Positions 10,117 to 11,723 of a stretch of DNA of 11,723 nucleotides are shown piece after piece. A program made the position numbers and the translations under genes. The stretch lies in the NCBI GenBank assembly GCA_964035545.1, contig CAXIUT010000266.1, positions 1 to 11,723 on the forward strand. Reading direction: 5' to 3'. The number at the start of each line of letters is the position of its first letter. Position 1 is the stretch's first letter. The stretch comes from Bugula neritina. Lineage: Eukaryota > Animalia > Bryozoa. A model generated the notes under the pieces. That model saw only the letters and a program-made list of their open reading frames with translations, was not told the DNA's origin and searched no databases.

Positions 10117-11448
10117 TCATGCAAATTTGGTCTTTAGACCTTTCTAAACTTCACTTAACTCTTGCTTGTTCAGTCTTTACCAGTATTAGATTTGCTTTTT
10201 AGTGTATTTGTTTGTTTTAGGTTAATTTTATATGTTTTTCATTGTCTTCAATGCACTTTAAACTACTTCTTTGAACTCTTATTCACTTGTTCCACATTGC
10301 AAAGTGTACTTGTAGATAGATGTTTTTTGAAGGAAAGCGAAACGACATTTGTTTTCTTCTTCACTTTCAATTACTTCATCTAAGAAGACCAACTCTTGTT
10401 TAAATATACTTTTTATGGTTTCTTCTATCCATTTTTTCGACAGCTGATCTTCAAATAATCTACCCGTCGATTCAAGTTTGATTTCAACTGATTTGTTTAA
10501 ATTTGATGCAAAAGTAATCTTTGGACTAGTATATTTAACTTTCCAACGATCAGATTGCAATTTACCTGACAATCCTTAAAGCTAAACATTATCTCCTTCG
10601 ATTAACTATCTAAAACTACTGACTTTCATATTAGTTATTAGCGTATCATAACCCTAATTTTTAATTTGACAGACCACAAAAGCAGGTACTAACTGTCCTA
10701 ATAGCCAATTATAGTACAACCATGGAGCTTATTCATGTGGATTTAGAAAGATAGCAGTTTTTACTTTTTAAAGCTAAACATTAAGTTGATTTTTTGGCAT
10801 ACCAAATGTGAGTATTTACTGTTTTTCTGAAGATGGAATATCTTTATTAAGCTATTATGTATATTTTTGACAAATAAATTTGCTACGGAAGTAATAGGGA
10901 GAGAAATTGAATGGATTCGATGTTATTTTCTAATTAGTAAACTAAATTTACTAATCAATAAAAGATTGAATAGAATTAAGCCAATTTCTATAATTCCAAA
11001 CATGAAAATTCTTTTAATCTTTCATAAGTAGCATCTTAATCAACTATTTTTATGCCTTAATAACAGCAGAATTAATTTTAAACAATGATTTTAGGGGTTG
11101 GGGTTGGGGTTGGGGTTGGGGTTGGGGTTGGGGTTGGGGTTGGGGTTGGGGTTGGGGTTGGGGTTGGGGTTGGGGTTGGGGTTTACTAATATCATCTTGA
11201 TTTTTATTTTTTATGGCTAGTTCTATTAATTCTCTTCTGAAATTAAAGACTGTAGGGATATCTGAAACTAATTGCATGAGTAAAGCTATAAATTATAGAT
11301 ATTTTGGTATTTGTTATGGATTGATGTTGTTTCTTGGTATAGCAAAAAACTATCCTAATTTGTTGTTTATTTTTATTGAGAGCTATTCTTACTATTTTAA
11401 CTCTATATCACTTTTCTAACGTTTTGTTCGTTTATAACCATGGATCAT
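10117..11448 (-). CDS. RABGGTA: Rab geranylgeranyltransferase (GGTase-II) alpha subunit, interrupted in frame by a telomeric tract at 11094-11183
   Basis: N-terminal MIHGYKR; PPTA repeats SDIPTVFNFRRELI, KDEKNFHVWNYRNWL, EEIEFTNEKITSNPFNFSPYYFRSKF and ELEKVKTAIFLNPHEEAPWLYYNWLL. The expected second repeat (PKSY..W.HR type) is absent where (PQ)15 is read. Confidence 0.88.
11094..11183 (+). repeat. Internal telomeric tract (GGGGTT)15
   Basis: Perfect 90-nt array in the same orientation as the right telomere. Confidence 0.95.
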
Positions 11449-11510
11449 TTCTGATTGTTTAATATTGATATTTATAATTAATCAATCATTTTTAAAAATA
11501 TGAGATAAAA

Positions 11511-11591
11511 GGGGTTGGGGTTGGGGTTGGGGTTGGGGTTGGGGTTGGGGTTGGGGTTGGGGTTGGGGTTGGGGTTGGGGTTGGGGTTGGG
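11511..11591 (+). repeat. Internal telomeric tract (GGGGTT)n, 81 nt
   Basis: Perfect array starting 62 nt upstream of the RabGGTA ATG, followed by 51 nt of AT-rich unique sequence. Confidence 0.95.
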
Positions 11592-11642
11592 ATAGTTAAT
11601 TTTTATTATTAGAATTATTATTATTCTTTTATTAATGATTCA

Positions 11643-11723
11643 GGGGTTGGGGTTGGGGTTGGGGTTGGGGTTGGGGTTGGGGTTGGGGTTGGGGTTGGGG
11701 TTGGGGTTGGGGTTGGGGTTGGG
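11643..11723 (+). repeat. Right telomere (GGGGTT)n
   Basis: Perfect array running to the last base, G-strand at the 3' end. Confidence 0.97.

Noticed and set aside
11050-11277. Stand-alone PQ-repeat protein
   Set aside because: The PQ run is translated telomeric repeat, and its flanks are in-frame parts of RabGGTA.
2952-11419. Supplied ORFs 2952-3197, 4392-4595, 6386-6571, 7575-7862, 8652-8870, 10162-10383 and 11213-11419
   Set aside because: They are antisense or off-frame shadows of real genes produced by the wrong genetic code. The other four supplied ORFs are fragments of larger genes.
795-11448. Standard ciliate code (TAR=Gln), or split code TAA=Lys/TAG=Glu
   Set aside because: TAA occupies the invariant Glu in SPE, KPEN and the alphaC helix, and TAG occupies GGELF; neither Gln nor Lys fits.
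11094-11723. CRISPR-like repeat-spacer array or mobile element
   Set aside because: These are simple telomeric hexamers separated by irregular gene or AT-rich sequence; I see no terminal inverted repeats, target-site duplications or transposase.

Overview
This is eukaryotic DNA: an apparently complete telomere-to-telomere ciliate macronuclear mini-chromosome of 11.7 kb, with (C4A2)n at the left end and (G4T2)n at the right. The supplied ORF track misleads because TAA and TAG both encode Glu and TGA is the only stop (peritrich nuclear code, NCBI table 30). The evidence is TAA/TAG at invariant kinase glutamates (alphaC Glu, KPEN, SPE, GGELF). Hand translation with this code, after removing 19-22-nt GTA..AG introns that all carry an A at position -6, gives eight recognisable, tightly packed genes. 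They are an AGC kinase, a NEK kinase, a MAK/ICK-like pseudokinase, RPS27, a SAPS/PP6 regulatory subunit with an unrecognised C-terminal 22-aa repeat, a Yip1-family protein, a VMA21-like protein and the Rab geranylgeranyltransferase alpha subunit. One or two hypothetical ORFs lie at the left end. Two further telomere-length G4T2 tracts lie internally near the right end. One of them sits in frame inside RabGGTA where a PPTA repeat is missing, which points to alternative telomere addition sites, possibly merged by assembly consensus. All family calls come from motif recognition by eye, not from database searches.
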